Source: Mobula hypostoma (taxonomy: Eukaryota). Taken from it: a DNA stretch of 64,000 nucleotides. How positions within the stretch are numbered: position 1 is the first letter of the stretch; each line of letters starts with the position of its first letter. Positions 11,960-23,671 of this stretch are shown here, piece after piece. The notes below the pieces were generated by a model. The model did not search any database and was not told the DNA's origin. It was given only the letters and a program-made list of their open reading frames with translations. Location: assembly GCF_963921235.1 (NCBI RefSeq), contig NC_086097.1, positions 255,194,001 through 255,258,000 on the forward strand, in the 5' to 3' direction. The position numbers were made by a program, and so were the translations under genes.

Positions 11960-13500
11960 CCAGAACTGAGCACAATATTCCAAGTGTGGTCAAAGCAGAG
12001 TTTTAGAAGGCTGCAGCGTTATCTCACAGTTCTTGAGCTCAGTTCCTGACTAATGAAGGGCAACACACCATATGCCTTCTTAACCACCCTAACAACTTGC
12101 ATGGCAAATCTGAAAGATCCCAAGATCCTTCTGTTCCTTCACACTACTAAAAATCCTGCCACCAACCCTGTATTTGCCTTCAAATGTGACCTACCAGAAT
12201 GTATCACTTCACACTTTTCTGGGTTGAACTCCATCTGCTTCTTCTCTGCCCAGCACTGCATCCTGCTTATATCCAATTGGAATCTCTGACAACCTTCTTT
12301 ACTATCCATAACACCATCAACCTTCATGTCACTTGAAAACTGACAAACCCATCCTTCCACTTCCTCATCTAAGTCATTTATAAAAATCACAAAGAACAAG
12401 GATTCCAGAGCAAATCCTCGTCATCAACCTTCAGGCAGAATGTATTCCATCTTCTACCACACTTCGCCATCAGTGTGCAGACCGATTCTGAATTCCATTC
12501 CTCATCATTTTCTGGATGATCCTTCCATGGGGAACCTTGTCAAATGCATTAATAAAATCCATATACAGTAGATTTCAGTTAATTGGGCCATCAGTTAATC
12601 AGGGCAGCTGTTTATTTAGGACACCTTTTAAAGGACAAAAACTAATCCAGAAAATACCCAGGATCCCCTTCAGTTATTTGTGACACTATGCCTCTGAGTT
12701 AGGTCAGGAGACTGTTGCCAAACAGTTTCTAAGTAGTGTCAGTCACATGAAATTATGTGGCCATTGGACACTACACCATGTTTAGAGCAAACAGTTTATA
12801 AAAAGCATCAGTTATGTGTATTTGTGTTCAAAAAGCAGTGATTTCTGTAACTTATCGTTGGCGAGAAATAAGTAGTAAGATAATTCAGAACTGTTTTGCT
12901 CATTATGTTTTCAAGCATTCAGGCTTGGAGATGCCAGCAATGGCTGGGAGTGCAAATGGAATGAGTTAACTGCTTCCACAAGTTAGGATTGATGAAGAAT
13001 TTGAAGATGTTGACAATCATCTTGAATGTTACAGTGAAAATGAAGATTTGGAGGATGCAGTCATCAAAAGCATTGTATGAAGGCAGTCCAATATGTGCAC
13101 GAGATGTCTGCGCTGATTTTGTTCATTTACATTCAATCAAAAGAACACAGCAGTGTGCACTGCATGAATTCCTCTATCAAAAACTTAATAAACAGTTTTA
13201 TAGTACTGTACTACTATTGGTAGCGTTCTAATTTGTTCTGTATTTCATTTAAATACATGATTTGTCTTTTTTATTTCCACAAAATTTCACCTAATTGGGC
13301 AGCCGCTTAATTGAGCCAAAATGTATTATCCCGATGTATCCCAGTTAACCAAAATCCACTGCTCACCACATCTACTGCACTGCCTTCATCACCTTTTCAA
13401 AGAGCTCTGTAAGACTTGTGAGGCACAACCTGCCCCACACAAGCCATGCTATCCTGAATAAGACTAACCCAAATGCTTATAAATCCTGTCCAGTAGTTTG
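11960..13500 (-). mobile_element. Old CR1 RT fragment split by the Tigger-like MITE
   Basis: FVIFINDLDEEVEGWV...QMEFNPEKCEV. The sequence aaatccatata|caccacatctac resumes after 13361. Confidence 0.8.
12566..13361 (+). mobile_element. Tigger/pogo-like (Tc1-mariner) non-autonomous element
   Basis: 22-bp TIRs cagtagatttcagttaattggg / cccagttaaccaaaatccactg (4 mismatches), preceded by TA. An internal IIQNCFAH remnant resembles pogo-type transposase; the right-hand TA is degraded. Confidence 0.7.
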
Positions 13501-13539
13501 CCCACACAGACATAGCACTTACCATAATAGCTGGCTTAA

Positions 13540-14180
13540 TAAGAAACTGTCAACCTCTGCCTGAAATACACCCAAGTGACCTGGCCTCCTGTGGCAATGA
13601 GTTCCACAGATTCACCACCCTATGGCTAAAGAAATTCCTCATCTCTGTTTCAAATGGATGCCCCTCTACTCCAGGCTGTTCCCTCTGGTCTCCTCCACTA
13701 TAGGAAACATCCACTCTGTCCTTTCAATACTCCAGCAAGTCCAGGCGCAGAGTCATCAAATGGTCCTCATCACTGACTCGAACTGCACGAGAATTCCCAA
13801 GTCCCTTTGCACCTTGGATTTTTGAATTTTCTGTCCATTTAGAAAATAGTGCACACTTTTGTTTCTTCTACCAAAGTGCATAACTTCACGACTCTGTATT
13901 CCACCTGCCACTTCTTTGCCCATTCTCCTAATCTGTTTACGTCCTTTTGCAGCCTCCCTGCTTCCTCAATGCTACCTACCCCTGCATCTATCTTTGTATT
14001 GTCCGCAAACTTGGCCAAAGAGCCATAGATTCTGTCATTTAAATCATTGACATACAGCTTATAAAGAAACAGTCCCGACGCCAACCCCTGTGGAACACCA
14101 CTGTAGTTACTGGCAGCCAAGCAGAAAAGTCTCCCTCTTTGCCTCCTGTTAGACATCTTATTGGCCTATAATTTCCAGTT
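13540..14180 (-). mobile_element. Old, internally deleted CR1 fragment
   Basis: SGVPQG...AKFADNTKI...GEWAKKWQ (ORF 13839-14156). Confidence 0.8.
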
Positions 14181-14319
14181 TTAATCGCAAAAATTGAATC
14201 CTTTGCAATTCTACACAATTCAAGTCAACAGGAAAGCATTTGGGACCTTATGATTTTCCCATTGTTCCAGTGTACAATATATGTAGGGGGATTACATTTA
14301 AAATAGCTTGACAGCAGGT

Positions 14320-14635
14320 AGACAAAACAGCTCAATGTATCACTGGCACCAGCCTCCTGTCATCGAGGACATATATACAGAAAAGTGCCAGAAAATGGCC
14401 AACAATATCATAAAGGATCCCACCCATACTGTACATGGACTGTTTGTCCACTTCCATCAGGAAGGAGGCTATGGACAACCAGACTCAAAAATAATGACTT
14501 CCCCCAAGCCGTAAGGCTGGTCAACACCTTCACCCACTAAGCCACTGCTCCATACACCGATCACCACTGCCTAATCCTTTCTTGTCAGTCATCTTATGTA
14601 CGGAGTCTCCTGTGCTCAGCACCACTTTATGGACA
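14320..14635 (+). mobile_element. Rex1/Babar-type LINE 3' fragment
   Basis: PPVIEDIYTEKCQKMANNIIKDPTH..HGLF matches the typical LP.I.DIY...C..KA..I.KDP.HP C-terminal motif. Confidence 0.6.
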
Positions 14636-15547
14636 TAATAGAAACATAGAAAACCTACAGCACAATACAGGCCCTTCAGCCCACAATGCAGTGCTGAACA
14701 TGTACTTTAGAAATTACCTAGGGTTACCCATAGCCTGAAAAATGTCTTGTTTTTACTGCGTACTGTACCAACAGTTATGGTCGAAATGACAATAAAAAGT
14801 GGCTTGACTTGACTTGACTTGAACCTGTATAACAGATTCTATGGACTCGGACCCCAAGATCCCTCTGATCCTCCACACTCCCAAGAGTCTTACCATTAAT
14901 ACTATATTCTGCCATCATATTTGACCTACCAAAATGAACCACTTCACACTTATCTGGGTTGAACTCCATCTGCCACTTCTCAGTCCAGTATTGCATCCTA
15001 CTAATGTCCAGCTGTAACCTTTGACAGCCCTCCACACTATCCACAACACCCCCAACATGTCTGTCATCAGCAAATTTATTAACGCATCCCTCCACTTCCT
15101 CATCCGGGCCATTTATAAAAATAACGAAGAGAAGGGGTCCCAGAACAGATCCCTGAGGCATACCACTGCTCACTGGCCTCCATGCAGAATATGACCCGCC
15201 TACAAACACTCTTTGCCTTCTGTGGGCAAGCCAATTCTGGTTCAACAAAGCAAGGTCCCCTTGGATCCCATGCCTCCTTACTTTCTCAATAAGCCTTACA
15301 TGGGGTACTTTTGTCAAATGCCTTGCTGAAATCCATATACACTACATCTACTACTCTACCTTCATCAGTGTGTTTAGTCACATCCTCAAAAAATTCAATC
15401 AGGCTCATAAGGTATGAACTGCCTTTGACAAAGCCATACTGACTATTCCTAATCATATTATGCCTCTCCAAATGTTCATAAATGCTGCCTCTCAGGATCT
15501 TTTCCATCGATTTACCAACCACTGAAGTAAGACTCACTGGTCTTACT

Positions 15548-17085
15548 TCAGGGCCAGATGGTCTGCATCCCAGAGTGCTTAAGGAAGTAGCCCAAGAAAT
15601 AGTGGATGCATTAGTGATAATTTTTCAAAACTCTTTAGATTCTGGACTAGTTCCTGAGGATTGGAGGGTGGCTAATGTAACCCCACTTTTTAAAAAAGGA
15701 GGGAGAGAGAAACCGGGGAATTATAGTCTGGTTAGCCTAACGTTGGTGGTGGGGAAAATGCTAAAGTCAGTTATCAAAGATGTGATAACAGCACACTTGC
15801 AAAGCGGTGAAATCATCGGACAAAGTCAGTATGGATTTGTGAAAGGAAAATCATGTCTGACAAATCTCATAGAATTTTTTGAGGATGTAACTAGTAGAAT
15901 GGATAGGGGAAAACCAGTGGATGTGGTATATTTGGATTTTCAAAAGGCTTTTGACAAGGTCCCACACAGGAGATTAGTGTGCAAACTTAAAGCACATGGT
16001 TTTGGGGGTATGGTATTGATGTGGATAGAGAATTGGTTGGCAGACAGGAAGCAAAGAGTGGTAATAAATGGGACCTTTTCAGAATGCCAGGCAGTGACTA
16101 GTGGGGTACCGCAAGGCTCAGTGCTGGGACCCCAGTTGTTTACAAGATATATTAATGACTTAGATGAGGGAATTAAATGCAACATCTCCAAGTTTGTGGA
16201 TGACGTGAAGCTGGGCGGCAGTGTTAGCTGTGAGGAAGATGCTAAGAGGATGCAGGGTGACTTGGGCAAATTCATGGCAGATGCAATTTAATATGGATAA
16301 ATGTGAGGTTATCCACTTTGGTGGCGAAAACAGGAAAACAGATTATTACCTGAATGGTGGCCGATTAGGAAAAGGGGAGGTGCATCGAGACCTGGGTGTG
16401 ATTTTACACCAGGTGATGAAAAAGACGAATGGTATGCTGGCATTCATAGCAAGAGGATTCGAGTACAGGAGCAAGGAGGTACTACTGCAGTTGTACAAGG
16501 CCTTGGTGAGACCACACCTGGAGTATTGTGTGCAGTTTTGGTCCCCTAATCTGGGGAAAGACGTTCTTGCCATACAGAGAGTACAAAGAAGGTTTACCAG
16601 ATTGATTCCTGGGATGGCAGGACTTTCATATGATGAAAGACTGGATCGACTAGGCTTATACTCACAGGAATTTAGAAGATTGAGGGGGGATCTGATTTAA
16701 ACGTATAAAATCCTAAAGGGATTGGACAGGCTAGATGCAGGAAGATTGTTCCCAATGTTGGGGAAGTCCAGAACGAGGGGTCACAGTTTGAGGATAGAGG
16801 GGAAGTCTTTTAGGACTGAGATGAGGAAAAACTTCTTCACACAGAGAGTGGTGAATCTGTGGAATTCTCTGCCACAAGAAACAGTTGAGGCCAGTTCATT
16901 GGCTATATTTCAGAGGGAGTTAGATATGGCCCTTGTGGCTGAAGGGATCAGGGGGTATGGAGAGAAGGCAGGTATAGGGTTCTGAGTTGGAAGATCAGTA
17001 ATGAACATACTGAATGGCGGTGCAGGCTCGAAGGGCCGAATGGCCTACTCCTGCACATATTTTCTATGTTTCTATATTTCTATGT
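15548..17085 (+). mobile_element. CR1 (family A) nested in CR1-D
   Basis: GPDGLHPRVLKE through to the tail. It has a 17-nt deletion at ~16264 and a second deletion at ~16411. Confidence 0.93.
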
Positions 17086-17136
17086 CTATAATTTCCTGGG
17101 CTATCTCTACTCCTTTTCTTGAATAAGGGAACAACT

Positions 17137-19490
17137 GTCACAGTATGTTGACAGGCCGACTATGGGGTATGCCATACTAGATCTAGTACTAGGTAATGAA
17201 CCGGGTCAGGTCACAGATCTCTCAGTGGGTGAGCATCTGGGGGACAGTGACCACCGCTCCCTGGCCTTTAGCATTATCATGGAAAAGGAGAGAATCAGAG
17301 AGGACAGGAAAATTTTTAATTGGGGAAGGGCAAATTATGAGGCAAAAAAGGCTAGAACTTGCGGGTGTGAATTGGGATGATGTTTTTGCAGGGAAATGTA
17401 CTATGGACATGTGGTCGATGTTCAGGGATCTCTTGCAGGATGTTAGGGATAAATTTGTCCCGGTGAGGAAGATAAAGAATGGTAGGGTGAAGGACCCATG
17501 GGTGACAAGTGAGGTGGAAAATCTAGTCAGGTGGAAGAAGGCAGCATACATGAGGTTTAGGAAGCAGGGATCAGATGGGTCTATTGAGGAATATAGGGAA
17601 GCAAGAAAGGAGCTTAAGAAGGGGCTGCGAAGAGCAAGAAGGGTGCATGAGAAGGCCTTGGCGAGTAGGGTAAAGGAAAACCCCAAGGCATTCTTCAATT
17701 ATGTGAAGAAAAAAAGGATGACAGGAGTGAAGGTAGGACCGATTAGAGATAGAGGTGGGAAGATGTGCCTGGAGGCTGTGGAAGTGAGTGACGTCCTATG
17801 AATACTTCTCTTCGGTATTCACCAATGAGAGGGAACTTGATGATGGTGAGGACAATATGAGTGAGGTTGATGTTCTGGAGCATGTTGATATTGAGGGAGA
17901 GGAGGTGTTGGAGTTGTTAAAATACATTAGGATGGATAAGTCCCCAGGGCCTAACAGAATATTCCCCAGGCTGATCCACGAGGTGAGGGAAGAGATTGCT
18001 GAGCCTCTGGCTAGGATCTTTATGTCCTCGTTGTCCACGGGAATGGTACCACAGGATTGGAGGGAGGTGAATGTTATCCCCTTGTTCAAAAAAGGTAGTA
18101 GGGATAGTCCAGGTAATTATAGACCAGTGAGCCTTATGTCTGTGGTGGGAAAGCTGTTGGAAAAGATTCTTAGAGATAGGATCTATGGGCATTTAGAGAA
18201 ACATGGTTCGATCAGGGACAGACAACATGGCTTTGAGAAGGGCAGATCATGTCTAACAAGCCTGATAGAGTTCTTCGAGGAGGTGACCAGGCATATGGAT
18301 GAGGGTAGTGCAGAGGATGTGATCTACATGGATCTTAGTAAGGCATTTGACAAGATTCCACACGGTAGGCTTATTCAGAATGTCAGAAGGCATGGGATCC
18401 AGGGAAGTCTGGCCAGGTGGATTCAGAATTGGCTTGCCTGCGGAAGGCAGAGGGTGGTGGTGGAGGGAGTACATTCGATTGGAGGGTTGTGACTAGTGGT
18501 GTCCCACAAAGTTCGGTTCTGGGAACTCTACTTTTCGTGATTTTTATTAACAACCTGGATGTGGGGGTAGAAGGGTGAGTTGGCAAGTTTGCAGACGACA
18601 CAAAGGTTGGTGGTGTTGTAGATAGTGTAGAGGATTGTCAAAGATTGCAAAGAGACATTGATAGGATGCAGAAGTGGGCTGAGAAGTGGCAGATGGAGTT
18701 CAACCCAGAGAAGTGTGAGATGGTACACTTTGGGAGGACAAACTCCAAGGCAGAGTACAAAGTAAATGGCAGGATACTTGGTAGTGTGGAGGAGCAGAGG
18801 GATCTGGGGGTACATGTCCACAGATCCCTGAAAGTTGTCTCACAGGTAGATAGGGTAGTTAAGAAAGCTTATGGGGTGTTAGCTTTCATAAGTCGAGGGA
18901 CTGAGTTTAAGAATTGCGAGGTAATGATGCAGCTCTATAAAACTCTGGTTAGGCTACACTTGGAGTACTGTGTCCAGTTCTGGTCGCCTCACTATAGGAA
19001 GGATGTGGTAGCATTGAAAAGGGTACAGAGGAGATTTACCAGGATGCTGCCTGGTTTAGAGAGTTTGGATTATGATCCGAGATTAAGGGAGCTAGGGCTT
19101 TACTCTTTGGAGAGAAAGAGGATGAGAGGAGACATGATAGAGGTATACAAGATATTAAGAGGAATAGATAGAGTGGACAGCCAGTGCCTCTTCCCCAGGG
19201 CACCACTGCTCAATACAAGAGGACATGGCTTTAAGGTAAAGGGTGAGAAGTTCAAGGGGGATATTAGAGGAAGGTTTTTTACTCAGAGAGTGGTTGGTGC
19301 GAGGAATGTACTGCCTGAGTCAGTCGTGGGGGCAGATACACTAGTGAAATTTAAGAGACTACTAGACAGGTATATGGTGGAATTTAAGGTGGGGGCTTAT
19401 ATGGGAAGCAGGGTTTGATGGTCGGCACAACATTGTGGGCCGAATGGCCTGTACTGTGCTGTACTATTCTATGTTTTATGTTCTATGTTC
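17137..19490 (+). mobile_element. CR1 (family B) nested in CR1-D
   Basis: Frameshifted ORF2 (LDLVLGNEPGQV, YRPVSL, FADD region, LEYCVQFW) with a (ttctatg)n tail at 19467-19494. Confidence 0.93.
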
Positions 19491-20433
19491 TATGAGAACA
19501 TCTGTTTCCAATTGATGCTTCCAAGTTTCTGCCTCTTGGCATCATATTTCTCCTTACTCCAATTAAACGCTTTCCTAACTTGTCTGTTCCTATCCCTCTC
19601 CAATGCTATGGTAAAGAAGATAGAATTATGATCCCTATCTTCAAAATGCTCTCCCACTGAGAGATCTGACACCTGACCACGTTCATTTCCCAATACCAGA
19701 TCATGTGCAGCCTCTCCTCTTGTAGGCTTATCTACATATTGTGTCAAGAAACTTTCCTGAACACACCTCAAAAACTCCACCCCATCTAAACACCTTGCTC
19801 TAGTGAGATGCCAAACAATATTTGGGAAATTAAAATCTACCACCTCTACAACCCTGTTATTATTACACCTTTCCAGAATCTGTCTCCCTATCTGCTCTTT
19901 GATATCCCTGTTACTATTGGGTGGTCTATAAAAAACATTCAGTAGAGTTATTGACTCCTTCCTGTTTCTAACTTCCACCCACAGAGACTCTGTAGACAAT
20001 CCCTCCACGACTTCCTCCTTTTCCGCAGCTGTGACACTATCTCTGATCAACAGTGCCACACCCCCACCTCTTTTGCCTCCCTCCCTGTCCTTTCTGAAAT
20101 ATCTAAAGCCTGGCACTCGCAGTAACCATTCCTGCCCCTGAGCCATCCAAGTCTCTGTAATGGCCACAACATCACAGCTCCGAGTACTGATCCATGCTCT
20201 AACCTCATCTGCTTAGTTCATAATACTCCTTGCATTAAAATAGACACATCTCAAACCATCGGTCTGAATGCATCCCTTCTCTATCACCTGCCTATCCTCC
20301 CTCACGCACTGTCTCCAAGCTTTCTCTATTTGTGAGCCAACCGCCTCTGCCTCCATCACTTCAGTTCAGTTCCCACCCCCCAGCAATTCTAGTTTAAACT
20401 CTCCCCAGTAGCCTAAACAAACCTCCCTGCCAG

Positions 20434-21682
20434 GATAGTCATAGTCATAGTCATACTTTATTGATCCCGGGGGGGAGGGGAATTGGTTTCCATTACAGTT
20501 GCACCATAAATAAATAGTAATAGAACCATAAATAGTTAAATAGTAATATGTAAATTATGCCAGTAAATTATGAAGTAAGTCCAGGACCAGCCTATTGGCT
20601 CAGGGTGTCTGACCCTCCAAGGGAGGAGTTGTAAAGTTTGATGGCCACAGGCAGGAATGACTTCCTATGACACTGTGTTGCATCTCGGTGGAATGAGTCT
20701 CTGGCTGAATGTACTCCTGTGCCCACCTAGTACATTATGTAGTGGATGGGAGACATTGTCCAAGATGGCATGCAACTTGGACAGCATCCTCTTTTCAGAC
20801 ACCACCATCAGAGAGTCCAGTTCCATCCCCACAACATCACTGGCCTTACGAATGAGTTTGTTGATTCTGTTGGTGTCTGCTACCCTCAACCTGCTGCCCC
20901 AGCACACAACAGCAAACATGATAGCACTGGCCACCACAGACTCGTAGAACATCCTCAGCATCGTCCAGCAGATGTTAAAGGACCTCAGTCTCCTCAGGAA
21001 ATAGAGATGGCTCTGACCCTTCTTGTAGACAGTCTCAGTGTTCTTTGACCAGTCCAGTTTATTGTCAACTCGTATCCCTAGGTATTTGTAATCCTCCACC
21101 ATGTCCACACTGACCCCCTGGATGGAAACAGGGGTCACCGGTACCTTAGATCTCCTCAGGTCTACCACCAGCTCCTTAGTCTTTTTCACATTAAGCTGCA
21201 GATAATTCTGCTCACACCATGTGACAAAGTTTCCTACCATAGCCCTGTACTCAGCCTCATCTCCCTTGCTGATACATGAACTATGGCAGAGTCATCTGAA
21301 AACTTCTGAAGATGACAAGCCTCTGTGCAGTAGTTGAAGTCTGAGGTGTAAATGGTGAAGAGAAAGGGAGACAAGACAGTCCCCTGTGGAGCCCCAGTGC
21401 TGCTGATCACTCTGTCGGACACACAGTGTTGCAAGCACATGTACTGTGGTCTGCCAGTCAGGTAATCAAGAATCCATGATACCAGGGAAGCATCACCTGC
21501 ATCGCTGTCAGCTTCTCCCCCAGCAGAGCAGGGCGGATGGTGTTGAATGCACTGGAGAAGTCAAAAAACATGACCCTCACAGTGCTCGCTGTCTTGTCCA
21601 GGTGGGCGTGGACACGGTTCAGCAGGTAGACCATGGCATCCTCAACTCCTAGTCGGGGCTGGTAGGCAAACTGGAGGGGATC
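20434..21682 (-). mobile_element. Rex1/Babar LINE 3' part (RT plus C-terminal domain)
   Basis: GAPQGTVLSPFLFTIYTSD, KFSDDSAIV, LQLNVKKTKELVVD and YKYLG; AATAAA followed by a (tgacta)n tail at ~20434-20462. Confidence 0.88.
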
Positions 21683-23671
21683 TAAGTGTGGATATTGGTC
21701 CCCCTGTGATTCAAGTGCAACCCGTCCTTTTTGTACAGGTCACCCCTGCCCCAAAAGAGGTCCCAATGATCCAGAAATCTGAATCCCTGCCCCCTGCTCC
21801 AATCCCTCAGCCATGCATTTATCCTCCATCTCACTCTATTCCTATACTCACTGTCACGTGGCACAGATAGTAATCCCGAGATTACTACCTTTGAGGTCCT
21901 GCTTCTCAACTTCCTTCCTAAGTCCCTGTTGTCTGCTTTCAGGACCTCCTCCTTTTTATGTACTACAAACACTGACTGTTCACCTTCCCACTTCAGGATA
22001 TCTTGGACGCGATCAGAAACATCCCAGACCATGGAATCTGGGAAGAAATCTATCATCTGTGTTTCTTTCCTGCATCCACAGAATTGCCTGTCTGACTCCC
22101 TAACTATGGAGTCCCCTATCACTGCTGCCATCCTCTTCCTTTCCCTGCCCTTCTGAGCCACAGGGCCAGACTCTGTGCCAGAGGCGCGGCCACTGTTGCC
22201 TCCCCCAGGTGGGCCGTCCCCCCTCCCAACAGTACTGAAACAGGAGTACTTATTGTTGAGGGTACAGCCACAGGGGCACTCTCTAGTATCTGACTCCTGC
22301 CCTTCCCTCTCCTGACTGTTACCCACATATCTGTCTTCCCAGGCCCCAGTGTGATTACCTGCCAAAAGCTCCTCTCTATCACCTCCTCACTCTCCCTGAC
22401 CAGACGAAGAGTCATTGAGCTGCATCAATCAATGTCTATCTTAAGTACTTATATTTATTGTGTCTTTTTATTATTATGTTCTTTATGTTATTGTGGGTGT
22501 TTGGTGCTGCATCAGATCTGGAGTATCAATTATTTAATTCTCCTTTACACTTGTGTACTAGAAATGACTTTAACCAATCTTGAATCTAGTTCATTGTATT
22601 TTGCAGTGGAAGTGAATGAATCAGAGTTTAATGCACACAAAGGAAAGTGACCTTTTGCAAATGATTCTATACGGTGATGGAAGCAGATAAACGTTTATGT
22701 GAATATAATAGTCCTAACAGATGTTTTTACTGTTAATCCTCTGTTAGGTGAGGCATCAACACCTTCTTATTTCAATATTTTTAAAAAATTCTTCCAGTTG
22801 TAATAATACTCAGCATTCAGTGACTATTTTTTCCATTAACAAAGGACAAAAATAGGCCAACATGAATAGTTCACTAGCCTGCGGGCTACCAGGTTCAAAA
22901 GATCAATAGCAGTTGGGTTTAAGCTGTGCAGCTGTAACGCAGAAAATAGAAAGAACATGAAAAAGATGAGAAAATCTGGCATAGAGGAGGCCAAGAGCTG
23001 CTCGTGCTACCAATTGTACCTCTCTACATTAACCCTATTTGCGTCTGTTGGGCCTGAATCCTTCTGCTCCTTTTCTATGCAAACACCTATCCAAATGCCT
23101 CATTAATATCGTAATTGTATCTGCCTCTGCTATCTTCTCTGGTAGCTCATTCCAAATAACCAGCACACTCTCTATGAAAAATGTACCCTTCATGTCTCCT
23201 TTACATTTCCCCCCTCACCTTAAACCTGTGCTCTCTGGTTCTAAACTTTTTTATAAAGCTCCTGAGAATAAATTTAGACTATCCAGTTTCTCCATATAAC
23301 TACAGCCCTCCATTCTGGTGAATCTCATTTACACTTTCTCTATAATTACCATGTCTTTCTCATTATGTGCCAATCAGAGCTGTACACAACATTCCAAAAA
23401 CCATTGTTTTGTTCAACTCTTATAAACAATGCCTCACTTTAGTTCCAAACATCTTCCTCACTACCCTGTCCACTGTGTTACTGCTGTCAGTGAGCTATGG
23501 ACTATTATCCATCGTCCCTTTGTACATTGGCACTCTAATTTTGTTTCCGTTCACTTTTTTGCATTTACTTATTGACTTCCCACACTAGTCTCGATGAAAT
23601 CCCACTATGTTTTAACCTTAAAATAGAGCAAGAGAAATTAAGAAGATGAAAAATCTGCATCTGAGCGTAGT

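Larger units (their letters stand above)
14640..22425 (-). mobile_element. Long CR1 (family D) with ORF1 (SGNH esterase-like) and ORF2, broken by nested insertions
   Basis: Tail at 14640; RT at 14840-15545 and 17085-17135; endonuclease at 19490-20430 (AITETW, GGGVALL, YRPP); ORF1 at 21690-22425 (VIGDSIVR, DGLHLN). Confidence 0.88.

Noticed and set aside
19467..20462. Short tandem repeats (ttctatg)n and (atagtc)n as CRISPR-like or telomeric arrays
   Set aside because: They are the 3' microsatellite tails of CR1 and Rex1 LINEs and have no spacers.
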